From positions 15,074 to 79,073 of the IMG/VR virus record IMGVR_UViG_3300037852_000046: 64,000 bases of DNA. One strand, 5' to 3'. Shown here in pieces: positions 28,047 to 38,458 of the stretch. Below the pieces are notes generated by a model. It did not search any database. It had not been told where the DNA came from and was given only the letters and a program-made list of their open reading frames with translations. Source of the DNA: a virus. The position numbers and the translations under genes are program-made. The stretch's first letter is position 1, and each line of letters opens with the position of its first letter.

Positions 28047-29820
28047 ATTTGTCTTCAATATCCCGGTAGTCAAAGGCGAGGGTGTTGGCGTACCGGTGAG
28101 CGAGGTTCAACGCGCGATCAATTCGATCTGCCAGCAGACAGCGGCGGATCTGAACCTGATTGCATCAGGTGGCTTCCCTCTCAACAACGTGAACATCACC
28201 GGCGGCACGATCACGGGCGTTACTGGCGCGACGCAAGGCCCGACGGACAACTCTCTACTGCTCGCGACGGATGCCTTCGTCAATCAGCAGGTCATCCGGA
28301 ATACAGCGACCGTTCCCCTTTCGATCACGGGCGGTATCTACAATCAGGAATCGCTCGGTTCAGGGCTTCAGGTAGTCGTCTTTGCCTCTGGCGGAGTGAT
28401 CACAGGTATTCTGTCTATCGCCGTACCCGGCAGCGGTTATGCCGTGGGCGATATTCTGGTGCTTCCGGGCGGTAATTCGGATGCGGTGATCCGCGTCACC
28501 GTAGTTGGGGGCGGCGGTTCGGTAACCACGACGCAGATCCTGTACGGCGGCACGGGCTATTCGACCGGCGCGCAGATCGCTGGAGCCGTTGTGCCGCCCG
28601 GAGAGCGTCAGGTTATCCTGACAGGAACGCTTACCAGCAACGCGACGATCATTATCGCGGCAGGGAATTTCAATAACGCTTCCCGCCGACCGGCATTCGT
28701 CAACAATACGACGGGAGCCTTCACCGTCACAGTGGCGTTGAGTAATGGCGCGGGCGGTACAACAGGCTCCAGCGTCGTTCTGCCGCAAGGCACTGCCAAT
28801 TCCTCCGCTGTCGTTCTGGAAACGGACGGTGAGACGGGCGTATGGATTGCGAATACGCCTCTCGGGATTGGCGCTTTGCCCTCGACCTCGCCGACGATTA
28901 CCGGCGCAACGATTACCAGCAGCACGATCAACAGTACATCGGTCGGCGCGACGACGCCTTCAACCGGCGCTTTCACGACGTTGACCGCGTCCACGCCGGT
29001 AGGTGTCGCGAGCGGCGGCACGGGCCTTGGGGCTTTGACGGCGTTTAACGTCCTGGTCGGCAACGGTACGGGAAACGTCGCGCTGATTGCGCCTGGCGCA
29101 GCCGGAATTCCACTTACCTCGCGCGGCGCGGGCACGAATCCGGCATTCCAGGGGATCACAGTCCCCGGCGGCGGAACCGGACAGACGACGCTCACAGCGC
29201 ATAGTGTCCTGCTCGGCGAAGGCACAGGTGCAGTAGCGTTCGCGACGGGCACGACAGGGCAGATGTTGATTGGCGTCACGGGGGCCGATCCGGCGTTCGG
29301 AAATAACCCGACGATCACGGGCGGAACAATCGACAACGCGGTAATTGGCGGCACGACTCCGGCGGCGGTTACCGCTACTACGCTCGTAGCAACCGGAATG
29401 TCGCGCGTTATCGCTAGTACGACGAACGCATTAAGTTTGACAAGTGGGGCAACGACTGTCGTTACGACCTTTACGGCAACGGTGAACGTCGGAGCAAACT
29501 TTGTGGCGTCCACGGGTGTTTATACCGCGCCGGCCACGGGGCAGTATGCGGTAAGCGCGGCGTTTCGAACGACTTCTGCCACCGTGGCGGCCAATACCCA
29601 ATTCATCGTCATTTTCAACGTGAACGGCGCGGCGGTTCAGCAAGCGGGCGTAACGTATCAGTCTAACGTGGCCACTACCTGCCAGGCGACTTGCGCCACA
29701 GTTCTCAACGTGACTTCAGGCCAGACGATAACGGTATCGATTTTCCAGAGCACAGCGGCGACGTTGACGCTAGACGGGGCCGCCGCCGCCAACTGGCTTA
29801 CGATATCCAGGCTTTATTGA
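28036..29820 (+). CDS. Fibre/spike-like structural protein with C1q-like C-terminus
   Basis: GGTG repeats; TGVYTAPATGQY. Confidence 0.65.
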   Translation: MSDEFVFNIPVVKGEGVGVPVSEVQRAINSICQQTAADLNLIASGGFPLNNVNITGGTITGVTGATQGPTDNSLLLATDAFVNQQVIRNTATVPLSITGGIYNQESLGSGLQVVVFASGGVITGILSIAVPGSGYAVGDILVLPGGNSDAVIRVTVVGGGGSVTTTQILYGGTGYSTGAQIAGAVVPPGERQVILTGTLTSNATIIIAAGNFNNASRRPAFVNNTTGAFTVTVALSNGAGGTTGSSVVLPQGTANSSAVVLETDGETGVWIANTPLGIGALPSTSPTITGATITSSTINSTSVGATTPSTGAFTTLTASTPVGVASGGTGLGALTAFNVLVGNGTGNVALIAPGAAGIPLTSRGAGTNPAFQGITVPGGGTGQTTLTAHSVLLGEGTGAVAFATGTTGQMLIGVTGADPAFGNNPTITGGTIDNAVIGGTTPAAVTATTLVATGMSRVIASTTNALSLTSGATTVVTTFTATVNVGANFVASTGVYTAPATGQYAVSAAFRTTSATVAANTQFIVIFNVNGAAVQQAGVTYQSNVATTCQATCATVLNVTSGQTITVSIFQSTAATLTLDGAAAANWLTISRLY

Positions 29821-29872
29821 CTTTTTTGTAACAATCGCATATAACCGGCGAAAGCCTATACAGGAGCTTATC

Positions 29873-30379
29873 GTGCGAAAACTCAAACTGGCCGAAGTGA
29901 TCGGCGCTCTTTTCCCCGCGATCCAGGGCCAGACTCCTGTTATCGCTGACAACGGCTCCATGCCTGATCAGGTCGGCCTGATCAATGCGCTGATTTCGGT
30001 CAACCCGTGGCCGGCGACGGCATACAACCTCGACACGCACACGGGTGCTTTTACCGCCACGCAGCAGCAGGTCATGGCGGCGGAGAATACCTTTCTCGCC
30101 CTGTCCCTCACCGGCGCGGCGGCGGTTACTCTGCCGACTGTAGCTACGCTCCTTTCGACGATGACTCCGCAGCAAGCGGTAGTCGGGTCAACGACCAACC
30201 TTCGCATCATTAACGCCACCGGCTTTACTGCTACCGTCACGACCAACACTGGCTGGACGTTAAATGGCACGATGACGGTCGCCACTACCGTGTGGCGCGA
30301 CTTCGTGATTCAGATCACGGCCACAGGCGCGACTCCTACGGCGACCATCCAGAATGTCGGCGCTGGCGACGCAACGTAA
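29873..30379 (+). CDS. Capsid decoration-like protein
   Basis: T/A-rich; N-terminal LFP leader like scaffold and capsid. Confidence 0.5.
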   Translation: MRKLKLAEVIGALFPAIQGQTPVIADNGSMPDQVGLINALISVNPWPATAYNLDTHTGAFTATQQQVMAAENTFLALSLTGAAAVTLPTVATLLSTMTPQQAVVGSTTNLRIINATGFTATVTTNTGWTLNGTMTVATTVWRDFVIQITATGATPTATIQNVGAGDAT

Positions 30380-30388
30380 GGAACAACA

Positions 30389-31123
30389 ATGAACAAGCTG
30401 CTTAAAAAGCTGCTCAAAAAGCTGCTCGGCCTTCTATTCCCGGGGATTGACGGCGATGACGATAATGTTGATCCTCCTGACGATCCTGACACACCTGATC
30501 CCGATAGTGGCGATCCTGATCTTGATCTCGACCTTGATCTGCCTGACGATCCTCCTCCACGCACCGCCGCGCGTCACGACGATTCTGGTGAGCGCCTGGC
30601 TAGGCTGGAAGCTGAAGTCGAAAGGCGCGGCCGCCTGGCGGCAGAAGCCGCAGCACGCCAGCCCACGGTAGACAGTGAGTTCCAGCGGGAAGAAGAGCGT
30701 CTCCGCAATCCGGAAACGACGGAGCTTGAGCGCTGGCAGATCCAGTCAAACCGCACACTGCGCGAAGCGAAGGCCGAAGCGCGTCAGGCAAGACTCGAAG
30801 CGGCCGACATGATCGACCGTACGCGGTTCGAGTCGAAGAACACGACCGATCCGCGACGCGCGAAGTACGCGGACCGCGTGGAAGAAGCGATACAGCAGGA
30901 GCGGAATCAAGGGCGCAACGCGTCGCGCGAGGCGGTCTACTTCTACCTGCTCGGCAAGGATATCGCGGAAGGCAAGCTTAAAGCGAAGGCAAAACCGGCA
31001 TCGAAAGCGCCGGACGTGCCGCGCGGCAGGTCTCCGGGGGTTCGGAGCGACGTACCAGGCCGGGGTCGGCCCACGACTGATCAGGACAAGCGTAGAGCGC
31101 GTCTTGAGAATCAGAATATTTAA
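30389..31123 (+). CDS. Scaffolding protein
   Basis: Acidic D/P N-region, coiled coil, directly before capsid. Confidence 0.7.
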   Translation: MNKLLKKLLKKLLGLLFPGIDGDDDNVDPPDDPDTPDPDSGDPDLDLDLDLPDDPPPRTAARHDDSGERLARLEAEVERRGRLAAEAAARQPTVDSEFQREEERLRNPETTELERWQIQSNRTLREAKAEARQARLEAADMIDRTRFESKNTTDPRRAKYADRVEEAIQQERNQGRNASREAVYFYLLGKDIAEGKLKAKAKPASKAPDVPRGRSPGVRSDVPGRGRPTTDQDKRRARLENQNI

Positions 31124-31138
31124 CCACGAGAGGAAACC

Positions 31139-32560
31139 ATGTCCTACCTCAAGAAACTGGGCCTCATGTGGGCCTCGCTGTTCCCCGGCGTGACAAACCA
31201 GTCCACCAGTTTTACGGCGGACGTTGAAGCGTACATTCAGGAAGAAGTTGAACCGCTCGCGCGCCGCCAACTGGTCGCGTACCAGTTCGGAAAGCCGCTC
31301 AAGCTCGATACGAATCGAGGCACGACCTACACGGCATCGCGCTACCAGCGTTTGCCGTTGCCTTTCGCGCCGTTGCAGGAAGGCGTAGCGCCTCCCGGCG
31401 AAGCGATGGCGCTGCAACAGGTCTCCGCTACCGCGCAGCAATGGGGTGACCGCGTTATCATCACCGACGTGGCGAACCTGACCATCAAGCATCCGCTCTT
31501 CCAGCAGGCCTGCGAACTGGTCGCGCTGCAACTGCCGGAAACGCTGGAGCGCAACACGATGAATACGTTGATGGCGGCCACGCAGGTGAACTACGCCAAC
31601 GGCAAAACGTCGCGCGCCAACCTGATTGCAACCGATGTCATGACGCCGCATGAGAACAATCGTATCGTAGGCACGTTCCTGACCTACGGCGTTCCTCGCT
31701 TCATGGGCGACGAGCGGGAAGACATGATGATCGAAGCGGGCGCGTATCGCGATCCGTCGAAGTCGCCGGCCGTGATGCAGCACTACATCGGCCTGATTCA
31801 TCCGCTGTCGGCGCAGGACATGCGCGAGAACACGACCGTGGCTAACGCGTGGTCGTACAGCGACATCAACCGCCTGTACAACAACGAGCTCGGCCCCTTC
31901 GGCGGTACGCGCTTCGTCGAGTCGAACATGATTCCCTTCTTCGTCGGCAATGCCGCGATTCAGGGAACGGCCTCGACTTCGGGTGGCACGCTCGCGACGA
32001 ACGCCGGTTACCAGATCATCGTGACCGCTTCGCCGGCCCAAACTTCGGTTGAGCAGCAGATTTACCAGGTGTCGAACGCGATCAGCGTCACCGGCCCCAC
32101 GGGCTCGATCAGCGTCGTACTGCCGCAGCTTGCCGGCTACGTGTTCAATATCTACATCGGCACGTCGGCCACGCCGTCGAACCTCGCCACGGCCATCGGC
32201 CTCGGCGTCCCGGTCACCGGCCCCCTCGCTGGTCAGGCAACGCAGCTTCTGCCGAACCAGACCGTGACGCTCACGGGCATTGGTGTAGCGCAAACGCCGC
32301 CGGCCGCTCCGGCAACGGGCGTTTCAGTGTTCCCGACTATCTATATCGGCAACCACTCGTACGGTCAGGTGCTGCTCGAAAATCCTGAGTTCCATTACCT
32401 GACCGGGCCGGACAAGTCGGACCCGCTGAACCAGACTCGCGTCGTATCATGGAAAGTATTTTATGGAAGTATTATCCTCAACCAGGCGTTTCTTGCCCGC
32501 GTTGAAGCCGGTTCCGCGTTCAGCACGACGTTCTCCGCTGGTACTGTGACAACCCCGTAA
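31139..32560 (+). CDS. Major capsid protein (N4 gp56-like)
   Basis: PLQEGVAP, ELGPFGGTRFVES, DKSDPLNQ..VSWK. Confidence 0.88.
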   Translation: MSYLKKLGLMWASLFPGVTNQSTSFTADVEAYIQEEVEPLARRQLVAYQFGKPLKLDTNRGTTYTASRYQRLPLPFAPLQEGVAPPGEAMALQQVSATAQQWGDRVIITDVANLTIKHPLFQQACELVALQLPETLERNTMNTLMAATQVNYANGKTSRANLIATDVMTPHENNRIVGTFLTYGVPRFMGDEREDMMIEAGAYRDPSKSPAVMQHYIGLIHPLSAQDMRENTTVANAWSYSDINRLYNNELGPFGGTRFVESNMIPFFVGNAAIQGTASTSGGTLATNAGYQIIVTASPAQTSVEQQIYQVSNAISVTGPTGSISVVLPQLAGYVFNIYIGTSATPSNLATAIGLGVPVTGPLAGQATQLLPNQTVTLTGIGVAQTPPAAPATGVSVFPTIYIGNHSYGQVLLENPEFHYLTGPDKSDPLNQTRVVSWKVFYGSIILNQAFLARVEAGSAFSTTFSAGTVTTP

Positions 32561-32572
32561 TCAGGAGCGTAA

Positions 32573-33067
32573 ATGCCCCCGCGTACCCCTAACACCCCGC
32601 CCGATGGCGGGGTTTTTGAAGACAACGATGAACCGATTGAACAACCCGCAAAGGCTGAATCTCCGGAGGATCTGAAAGCGCGCATCAAGGCGCTTGAGGC
32701 TCAACTTGCGCGCTCTCAGGCCGGAAAGGCGATTGCGGAAGAAGAATCCGCGCGCCTCTCCGCGCAAGCCCAGTCGTCGATGTTCACCACGAATGTGACT
32801 GAACGGTTCTCCCGCAAGACGGAAGCCGGAAAGGATCTGTGGTGGTATCGTATTGATCTCGCACCGTGCGGCGGAACGGAAGTCAAGATCAACGGCGTTC
32901 CGTACTACCACGGTTCGACTTACGAGTTCGAGACGGACCTTCTGCGCTCCATCAAGGAAATCGTGGCGCGCACGTGGGACCACGAGAACAATATCCAGGG
33001 CAACAACGAAAACGTCTACAAGGTTGCGCAGGAACGCATTCTGCGCGGCGAAGGCCGTCGTCGATAA
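32573..33067 (+). CDS. Hypothetical head-associated protein
   Basis: VKINGVPY motif; follows capsid. Confidence 0.65.
   Translation: MPPRTPNTPPDGGVFEDNDEPIEQPAKAESPEDLKARIKALEAQLARSQAGKAIAEEESARLSAQAQSSMFTTNVTERFSRKTEAGKDLWWYRIDLAPCGGTEVKINGVPYYHGSTYEFETDLLRSIKEIVARTWDHENNIQGNNENVYKVAQERILRGEGRRR
32595..32617 (+). terminator. Terminator after capsid gene
   Basis: CCCCGCC-cgat-GGCGGGG-TTTTT. Confidence 0.7.
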
Positions 33068-33075
33068 GAGGAAAC

Positions 33076-33459
33076 ATGGAAAAGACAACTCCCGTTCTCG
33101 GTAACTTCCAGATCAACCTTCCGGGCCCGAATGGCGCTTCCATGTCGATCAGCGGCTATCTGTACGCCGATGAATCGAAAGAATCGCTCGACGAGCGCAT
33201 GGACCTTTGTCGCGAGTCGCTGACTCGTCAGCAACGCGCGCTCGAAGTCCCAGTACTGGAAGAGCAGATCATCCAGCTTGAGCGCAAGCTGGAAGAGATG
33301 CGCCTGGCCTACGTCGATCTGCTCGAAAAGCAGAAGCGCAAGGCGTTGCCGAGTGCGGAAACTGCCAATCTTAAGAACTATCCGATTATCATCAAGAACA
33401 TCACCGATGAAATCGAGAAAGGCAAAAAGAAGATCGAAGCCGTGAAAAAGGTCGCGTAA
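33076..33459 (+). CDS. Hypothetical coiled-coil protein
   Basis: GAGG RBS. Confidence 0.65.
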   Translation: MEKTTPVLGNFQINLPGPNGASMSISGYLYADESKESLDERMDLCRESLTRQQRALEVPVLEEQIIQLERKLEEMRLAYVDLLEKQKRKALPSAETANLKNYPIIIKNITDEIEKGKKKIEAVKKVA

Positions 33460-34169
33460 TGGCTTACCTCCAGAGTCAGCAGATTGTCAATCTGGCATGC
33501 ACTATCGCCAAGTGTCCGGGCTTTCTGAGTCAGGGCGGACAATTCCTGAACATGACTCTGGAGGATCTTTGGCTGCACCGTGATCTGAAAATCAATCGAA
33601 AGAACGAATCAATCACGGTACAGGCCAATAACTTCGGCCCCTTCGTGCTTCCGCAGAATTATCAGCGCACGTACGATCTGTTCTTTCAGCAGAACAACCT
33701 CCCGTATTTTCTGAATCCGATCAGCACTGAAGAGTACGATCAGGAGTTCAAGGACCCGTCGATTGCGAACTATCCGTACGAGTTCATGACTATCCTGTAC
33801 GACGAAGTGCAGGCACTGCAACAGAACCCGCCCTCCGCCGGTCAGTTGTTCATCTATCCGCAGTCGTCCGGCCAGATCGTGCTCACGCACCGGTACATGG
33901 TGAAGCAGCCCGACATCACGACGCCCGAGACTTCGACCATCATTCCGTGGTTTCCGGACCAGGACTACCTGATCACGGCCACGGCTTCGCGACTGATGCA
34001 GATTACGGACGATACACGACGGGAATCGTTCCTCGCTGAATGCGATAAGATGCTGCGAATCCATCTGATCATGGAAGGCGATGAACAGCAGGTTGTGAAG
34101 TCGGTAAGGCTAGACCCCAGACGTTTTCATACTAATCGGACCCTAAAACCCACCAAGGTGACCGACTGA
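33459..34169 (+). CDS. Head-tail adaptor (tail tubular A-like)
   Basis: Size, position and LFIYPQ motif. Confidence 0.65.
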   Translation: MAYLQSQQIVNLACTIAKCPGFLSQGGQFLNMTLEDLWLHRDLKINRKNESITVQANNFGPFVLPQNYQRTYDLFFQQNNLPYFLNPISTEEYDQEFKDPSIANYPYEFMTILYDEVQALQQNPPSAGQLFIYPQSSGQIVLTHRYMVKQPDITTPETSTIIPWFPDQDYLITATASRLMQITDDTRRESFLAECDKMLRIHLIMEGDEQQVVKSVRLDPRRFHTNRTLKPTKVTD

Positions 34170-34177
34170 ATCACTGA

Positions 34178-34642
34178 TTATACGACATTTTTCCAATTCT
34201 TGCGATGCACGATATCCCAAATTCCTTGGAACGTCATACCATAGTGCTCCGCAATACTGCGTTGAGTGCTGCCTTCGGCATGCATCTTTCGGATCTGTCG
34301 TACATCATCTTCTGTCAACTTTGCCTTCCATTGGCCTTCGCCCACTGGGCAGCGATGGCGTTTCTTTTCCATCTTATCGGTCATGTTCGCTTGCGCATCG
34401 CCAAGAAAGATGTGAAAAGGATTGCAACAAAGAGTGATATCGCATCGGTGGCAGACATATCCGCCGGCGGGGATCGGACCTTTGAACAAACGCCAGGCCG
34501 CACGATGCGACCCGTCGTAGTCTTTCGGCCCCATGTAGAATTTTCCGTATCGCCCATCGGGATACGTCGAAGCCATCCAGATCCAGCAACCCGATTCAGG
34601 AATCATTTCGATATTTCGCATGAAGCGCTGAAGAACGTCCAT
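34178..34642 (-). CDS. HNH endonuclease with C-terminal HTH, antisense in late operon
   Basis: GCWIW, HRAAW, VCHRCD..CCNPFH, AKLTEDDV. Confidence 0.9.
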   Translation of the reverse strand: MDVLQRFMRNIEMIPESGCWIWMASTYPDGRYGKFYMGPKDYDGSHRAAWRLFKGPIPAGGYVCHRCDITLCCNPFHIFLGDAQANMTDKMEKKRHRCPVGEGQWKAKLTEDDVRQIRKMHAEGSTQRSIAEHYGMTFQGIWDIVHRKNWKNVV

Positions 34643-34695
34643 AAATCCCTCCTGATCAGTGAGTCCTACTATATCACAGATATGGAGTGCGCGTA

Positions 34696-36321
34696 ATGGC
34701 AATCCGCAACGGCCAGCCGGTACGATTCACGCCAAAAGGCGTCTGCGATGCGTTCGACGCTACGGACGCCTTTCCGGGCGCGTGTGCACTGCTCTCGAAT
34801 CTGATTTTCGATCAGGCAAATCCCGAAGTGGTCGTCAGTCGCCCAGGTGTCGGCTCGCCGGTTACGTCCTTCGCCAGTTTCACGACTCCGACTTTCGTTT
34901 CAGGCTACATCACGATTGGATCTGTCGTGTACGGCATGGTCTCGACCGCGCGCAACGCGGGGCACGATGAGCCTTTTGCCTACGATCTGAACGCGAATGC
35001 CTTCATCACGATCACCGGGGTAACAGCCGGGAACACCCCGACATCGCCCGCGACGACAGGCCCGTGGACGCCGCCGACGTTCGCCGTGATCAGCACGAAG
35101 ATCATCGTCACTCATCCGGGGTTCAACGGAGTCGGGAACAACTTCTTCGGCGTGATCGATATCACGAACCCGGCAGCGCCCACGTGGACGGATACGAACA
35201 CCGCGACGACTCCGCTCACAGGGGTCCCAACTTCGGTTGCGAACTACAATAACCGCGCGTACTTTGCCGTCGCGAATACGCTCCAGTTCAGCGATGTCCT
35301 TGTCCCGACCACGCGCACGAACGCGAGCCAGTCTGTCACGCTCGGCGACACGACGCCGGTAACGGGTCAATCCGGCCTGCCGGTTCAGACGACATCGGCC
35401 GGCGTCATCGGCGCGCTGGTAGCGTTCAAGGCGTCGCAAATCTGGCAGGTGACCGGCGATCCGACGACGAACAATCTCGCGCTGAGCTACATCTCCCTGA
35501 CCACGGGGTGCATCGCTCCGCGCAGCATCGTGCAGGTGCCCTTCGGGATCTGCTTTATCGGCATCGACGCGCCGTACGTGCTCAACTTCCTCGGTACGCT
35601 CTCGCCGCTCTCGCATACCCCCGGCAATGACGGCGCGGCCGACGTGCAGGTTCCGTTCCAGAACGCGACTACCCCTTCGCGTATCGCGGCGTCCTTCTCT
35701 GGCAACATCTTCCGGGTATGCGTCGCGACGATCATCCAGGGTGTACAGCAGACCAACGATTACTGGTTCGACATCCGGCGCAAGCGCTGGAACGGTCCGC
35801 ACACGTTTACTTACGATTGCCTTGCGCAATTTGGGAACAACTTCGTCGTGTCGGGCATCGACCACGGCGCGGCGCTCTTCGTGAGCCAGAGCCTTCCGCA
35901 GATCGGCAGTGTGTATTCAGACAACGGCGTGCAGTTGATCAGTCACGAGCGCTCATCATCATTCCCGAAAACCGGACGCATGGCGGAAGTGCAAGTAGTT
36001 GAATCGACGCAGGAATTTGCTTCTTCCGGATCGGCGGTGAACTACAATATCACCGCACTTGACGATCAGGGAAACACGCTCAATTCGACGTTCATCATGA
36101 CGCCGGCAGCCGGTATCACGTGGGGCGGCGGGCACCTGTGGGGAGATGGTTCGCTATGGTCGTCATCGGCGAAGGTTCCGCACGTCTACAACATCCCGTG
36201 GACGATCCCGCTTGTGTTTCAGAAAATGGCGCTCGACATAACGGCGACTTCATCCAATAGTCTGTCAATCGGGACGTTCTTCGCCCGGTATCAGGACACC
36301 GGCTACACGAACCAGGGCTAA
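34696..36321 (+). CDS. Tail nozzle/stabilisation protein (P22 gp10 / T7 gp12-like)
   Basis: Beta-propeller-like; GCIAPRSIV. Confidence 0.7.
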   Translation: MAIRNGQPVRFTPKGVCDAFDATDAFPGACALLSNLIFDQANPEVVVSRPGVGSPVTSFASFTTPTFVSGYITIGSVVYGMVSTARNAGHDEPFAYDLNANAFITITGVTAGNTPTSPATTGPWTPPTFAVISTKIIVTHPGFNGVGNNFFGVIDITNPAAPTWTDTNTATTPLTGVPTSVANYNNRAYFAVANTLQFSDVLVPTTRTNASQSVTLGDTTPVTGQSGLPVQTTSAGVIGALVAFKASQIWQVTGDPTTNNLALSYISLTTGCIAPRSIVQVPFGICFIGIDAPYVLNFLGTLSPLSHTPGNDGAADVQVPFQNATTPSRIAASFSGNIFRVCVATIIQGVQQTNDYWFDIRRKRWNGPHTFTYDCLAQFGNNFVVSGIDHGAALFVSQSLPQIGSVYSDNGVQLISHERSSSFPKTGRMAEVQVVESTQEFASSGSAVNYNITALDDQGNTLNSTFIMTPAAGITWGGGHLWGDGSLWSSSAKVPHVYNIPWTIPLVFQKMALDITATSSNSLSIGTFFARYQDTGYTNQG

Positions 36322-36324
36322 ATC

Positions 36325-37101
36325 ATGGCGATCATCGGAACGCTACCAAACAACATCCTGAATGGGCAGGTAGCCGATGCCAATCCGGTAATGGCGGATT
36401 TCAATTTTATCGTCAACCAGGTGAACGCCAACGCTGCGCCCTCGAGTGCGCTTATTATCGGCTCAAGATTGATTGGCGTACAGGTGTTCAGCACGCCAGG
36501 CACATTCACCTACACTCCAACGGCGGGCGCTACACGCGCATACGTTGAAGTGCTCGGGGGTGGGGGAGCAGGTGGGGGCGCAGCAGCCACAGGGGGCAAC
36601 TTTTCTGTGGGCTCCGGCGGCGGATCGGGTGCTTACGCCAAAGGCGTGATTATCAACCCGGTTTCGGGCGCGGTGGTAGTGGGCGCGGCAGGAACTGCCA
36701 TCGCCGGAAGCACGGGCGGAACGGGGGGAAATTCAGGGTTTCAGGGGCTTATCGTTTGCACCGGGGGACTGGGAGGCAATACCGCACCCGCCGGAGTATC
36801 AATAGGGACGACGGGGGGCGCAGGCGGCACGGTATCGACTCCCGGAACGATCATCAACATACCGGGGCAACCCGGAGGGTCCGCCTTTGGCTACTCCACA
36901 GGCACTATCGGGTTGACGGGGTTTGGCGCGAGCGGTATTTATGGTTCTGGCGGGGTTGCCCTGGTATCCGTAAACTTGCCGGGGATTAGCGGAACAGGCT
37001 TTGGGTCCGGCGGAAGCGGGGCTTTCAACGGGGGCGGCCAATCCGCACAGGTAGGCGGTAATGGCGCATCCGGAATAATAATCGTATACGACTATGCATA
37101 A
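36325..37101 (+). CDS. Glycine-rich tail fibre
   Basis: ADANPVMADFN head-binding region, polyglycine domain. Confidence 0.7.
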   Translation: MAIIGTLPNNILNGQVADANPVMADFNFIVNQVNANAAPSSALIIGSRLIGVQVFSTPGTFTYTPTAGATRAYVEVLGGGGAGGGAAATGGNFSVGSGGGSGAYAKGVIINPVSGAVVVGAAGTAIAGSTGGTGGNSGFQGLIVCTGGLGGNTAPAGVSIGTTGGAGGTVSTPGTIINIPGQPGGSAFGYSTGTIGLTGFGASGIYGSGGVALVSVNLPGISGTGFGSGGSGAFNGGGQSAQVGGNGASGIIIVYDYA

Positions 37102-37122
37102 AAATGCAGACCGGGGAAAACA

Positions 37123-37317
37123 ATGTCAGAAGAAAGAACACTCACTGACGGGGATGTAAAGGCGATAGTCGATGAACTGGAAAGACGTGCCACTCAGCGT
37201 TTTCAGATTAATATCGGCAGGGGGGTGTTGGGCCTGGCGTGGAAAGCAGGACTCTACCTCGCAATATGGCTTGCCGCCTACGGCGCTGCCGGGGGCTTCA
37301 AGAAATTCTTTCAATAG
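37123..37317 (+). CDS. Small single-TM protein (holin/antiholin-like)
   Basis: C-terminal hydrophobic helix upstream of lysin. Confidence 0.5.
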   Translation: MSEERTLTDGDVKAIVDELERRATQRFQINIGRGVLGLAWKAGLYLAIWLAAYGAAGGFKKFFQ

Positions 37318-37327
37318 GAGCAGTATC

Positions 37328-37540
37328 ATGAGCTTTTGGGCAGACATCGAAGCTGAAGCCAATGCTGTATGGGCTAGCGCGGATAGCATTTCCGTCAAAC
37401 TGGAAAACCTTGTCGGTATTCAAACGCGCGCTCAACAGGTGACGGCGTTAACGAACCAGTTCACAGCGATCATTGACGACGGCACGAAGGCAACGCCGGA
37501 GAAGGTGACGGAACTGTTGACCCTGGTCGGCAAGCTGTGA
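37328..37540 (+). CDS. Hypothetical protein
   Basis: AGGAG RBS, 70 aa. Confidence 0.6.
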   Translation: MSFWADIEAEANAVWASADSISVKLENLVGIQTRAQQVTALTNQFTAIIDDGTKATPEKVTELLTLVGKL

Positions 37541-38079
37541 GTCCTGAAACACTGGCGGCAGCACTTGGGATCGGATTGCCCCGCGCGCAAACGTGGGCCG
37601 ATCCGCTTTCTGCGGCGATGGCTCTTTATGCGATTGATTCGCCAGCGCGCCAGGCGGCGTTCATTGCTCAGGTAGGCCACGAGTCGGGGCGGTTGATCTA
37701 CGTGCGCGAACTGTGGGGGCCGACGCCGACACAGGAAGGCTACGAAGGCCGCGAGGATCTAGGCAATACCGAACCGGGCGATGGGTTCAAGTTCCGGGGT
37801 CGGGGGCTGATTCAGGTCACCGGGCGCGCGAATTACGCGAAGTGCGGCGCGGCGCTCTGTCTTCCGCTTACCGATTCGCCGGAACTGCTTGAGTCTCCGT
37901 CCAATGCTGCGCAGTCGGCCGCGTGGTTCTGGAATTCGCGGAACCTGAACGACCTTGCGGACATCGGGGATTTCAACACGATCACGCGCCGGATCAATGG
38001 CGGGTTGAATGGGCTGCAAGACCGGCTTGCACTGTACGCGCTCGCGAAGAGCGCTTTGGGGAATGGCGATGGCACTTGA
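37537..38079 (+). CDS. Endolysin, glycoside hydrolase family 19
   Basis: AQVGHES, FRGRGLIQVTGRANY, ITRRINGGLNG. Confidence 0.92.
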   Translation: MSPETLAAALGIGLPRAQTWADPLSAAMALYAIDSPARQAAFIAQVGHESGRLIYVRELWGPTPTQEGYEGREDLGNTEPGDGFKFRGRGLIQVTGRANYAKCGAALCLPLTDSPELLESPSNAAQSAAWFWNSRNLNDLADIGDFNTITRRINGGLNGLQDRLALYALAKSALGNGDGT

Positions 38080-38458
38080 TCCGATCTCGGCGGGAATTGA
38101 CTTCGCCAACACGATAGTCTCTCGCATCTGGCCAGACAAGACAGCGAAAGAACAGCAGCAGTTGTCCGCCGTCCTGGCGATGGTTCAGGGGCAAATGGCG
38201 ATTAATCAGGCAGAAGCATCGAACGCCAGCACTTTCGTAGCCGGCTGGCGGCCGTTCATCGGCTGGGTATGTGGTCTCGCGTGCGCATGGAACTGGATGG
38301 GGTTACCTGTCGCCAAAGTGGTCCTTGATTATCTCGGGCACCCAATCGCGATGTCCCCCGCCGATCTGTCGGAGATGATGCCGGTTCTTATGGGCATGCT
38401 CGGCCTCGGCGGTCTGCGCACATTCGAGAAAGTGCAGGGCGTAGCGAGGATGAAATGA
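38063..38458 (+). CDS. Holin (3TM family)
   Basis: FVAGWRPFIGW...LGLGGLRTFEK; possible dual start MAM. Confidence 0.8.
   Translation: MAMALDPISAGIDFANTIVSRIWPDKTAKEQQQLSAVLAMVQGQMAINQAEASNASTFVAGWRPFIGWVCGLACAWNWMGLPVAKVVLDYLGHPIAMSPADLSEMMPVLMGMLGLGGLRTFEKVQGVARMK

Noticed and set aside
30746-32293. Long antisense ORFs (e.g. 819-2201, 30746-32293, 62403-63713)
   Set aside because: Shadow frames of GC-rich genes with no motifs or RBS support
34178-34642. HNH genes as group I intron or intein cargo
   Set aside because: Flanking genes look complete and are the same length as alleles lacking the HNH where comparison is possible
28036-37101. Diversity-generating retroelement acting on fibre genes
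   Set aside because: No reverse transcriptase ORF and no template/variable repeat pair seen
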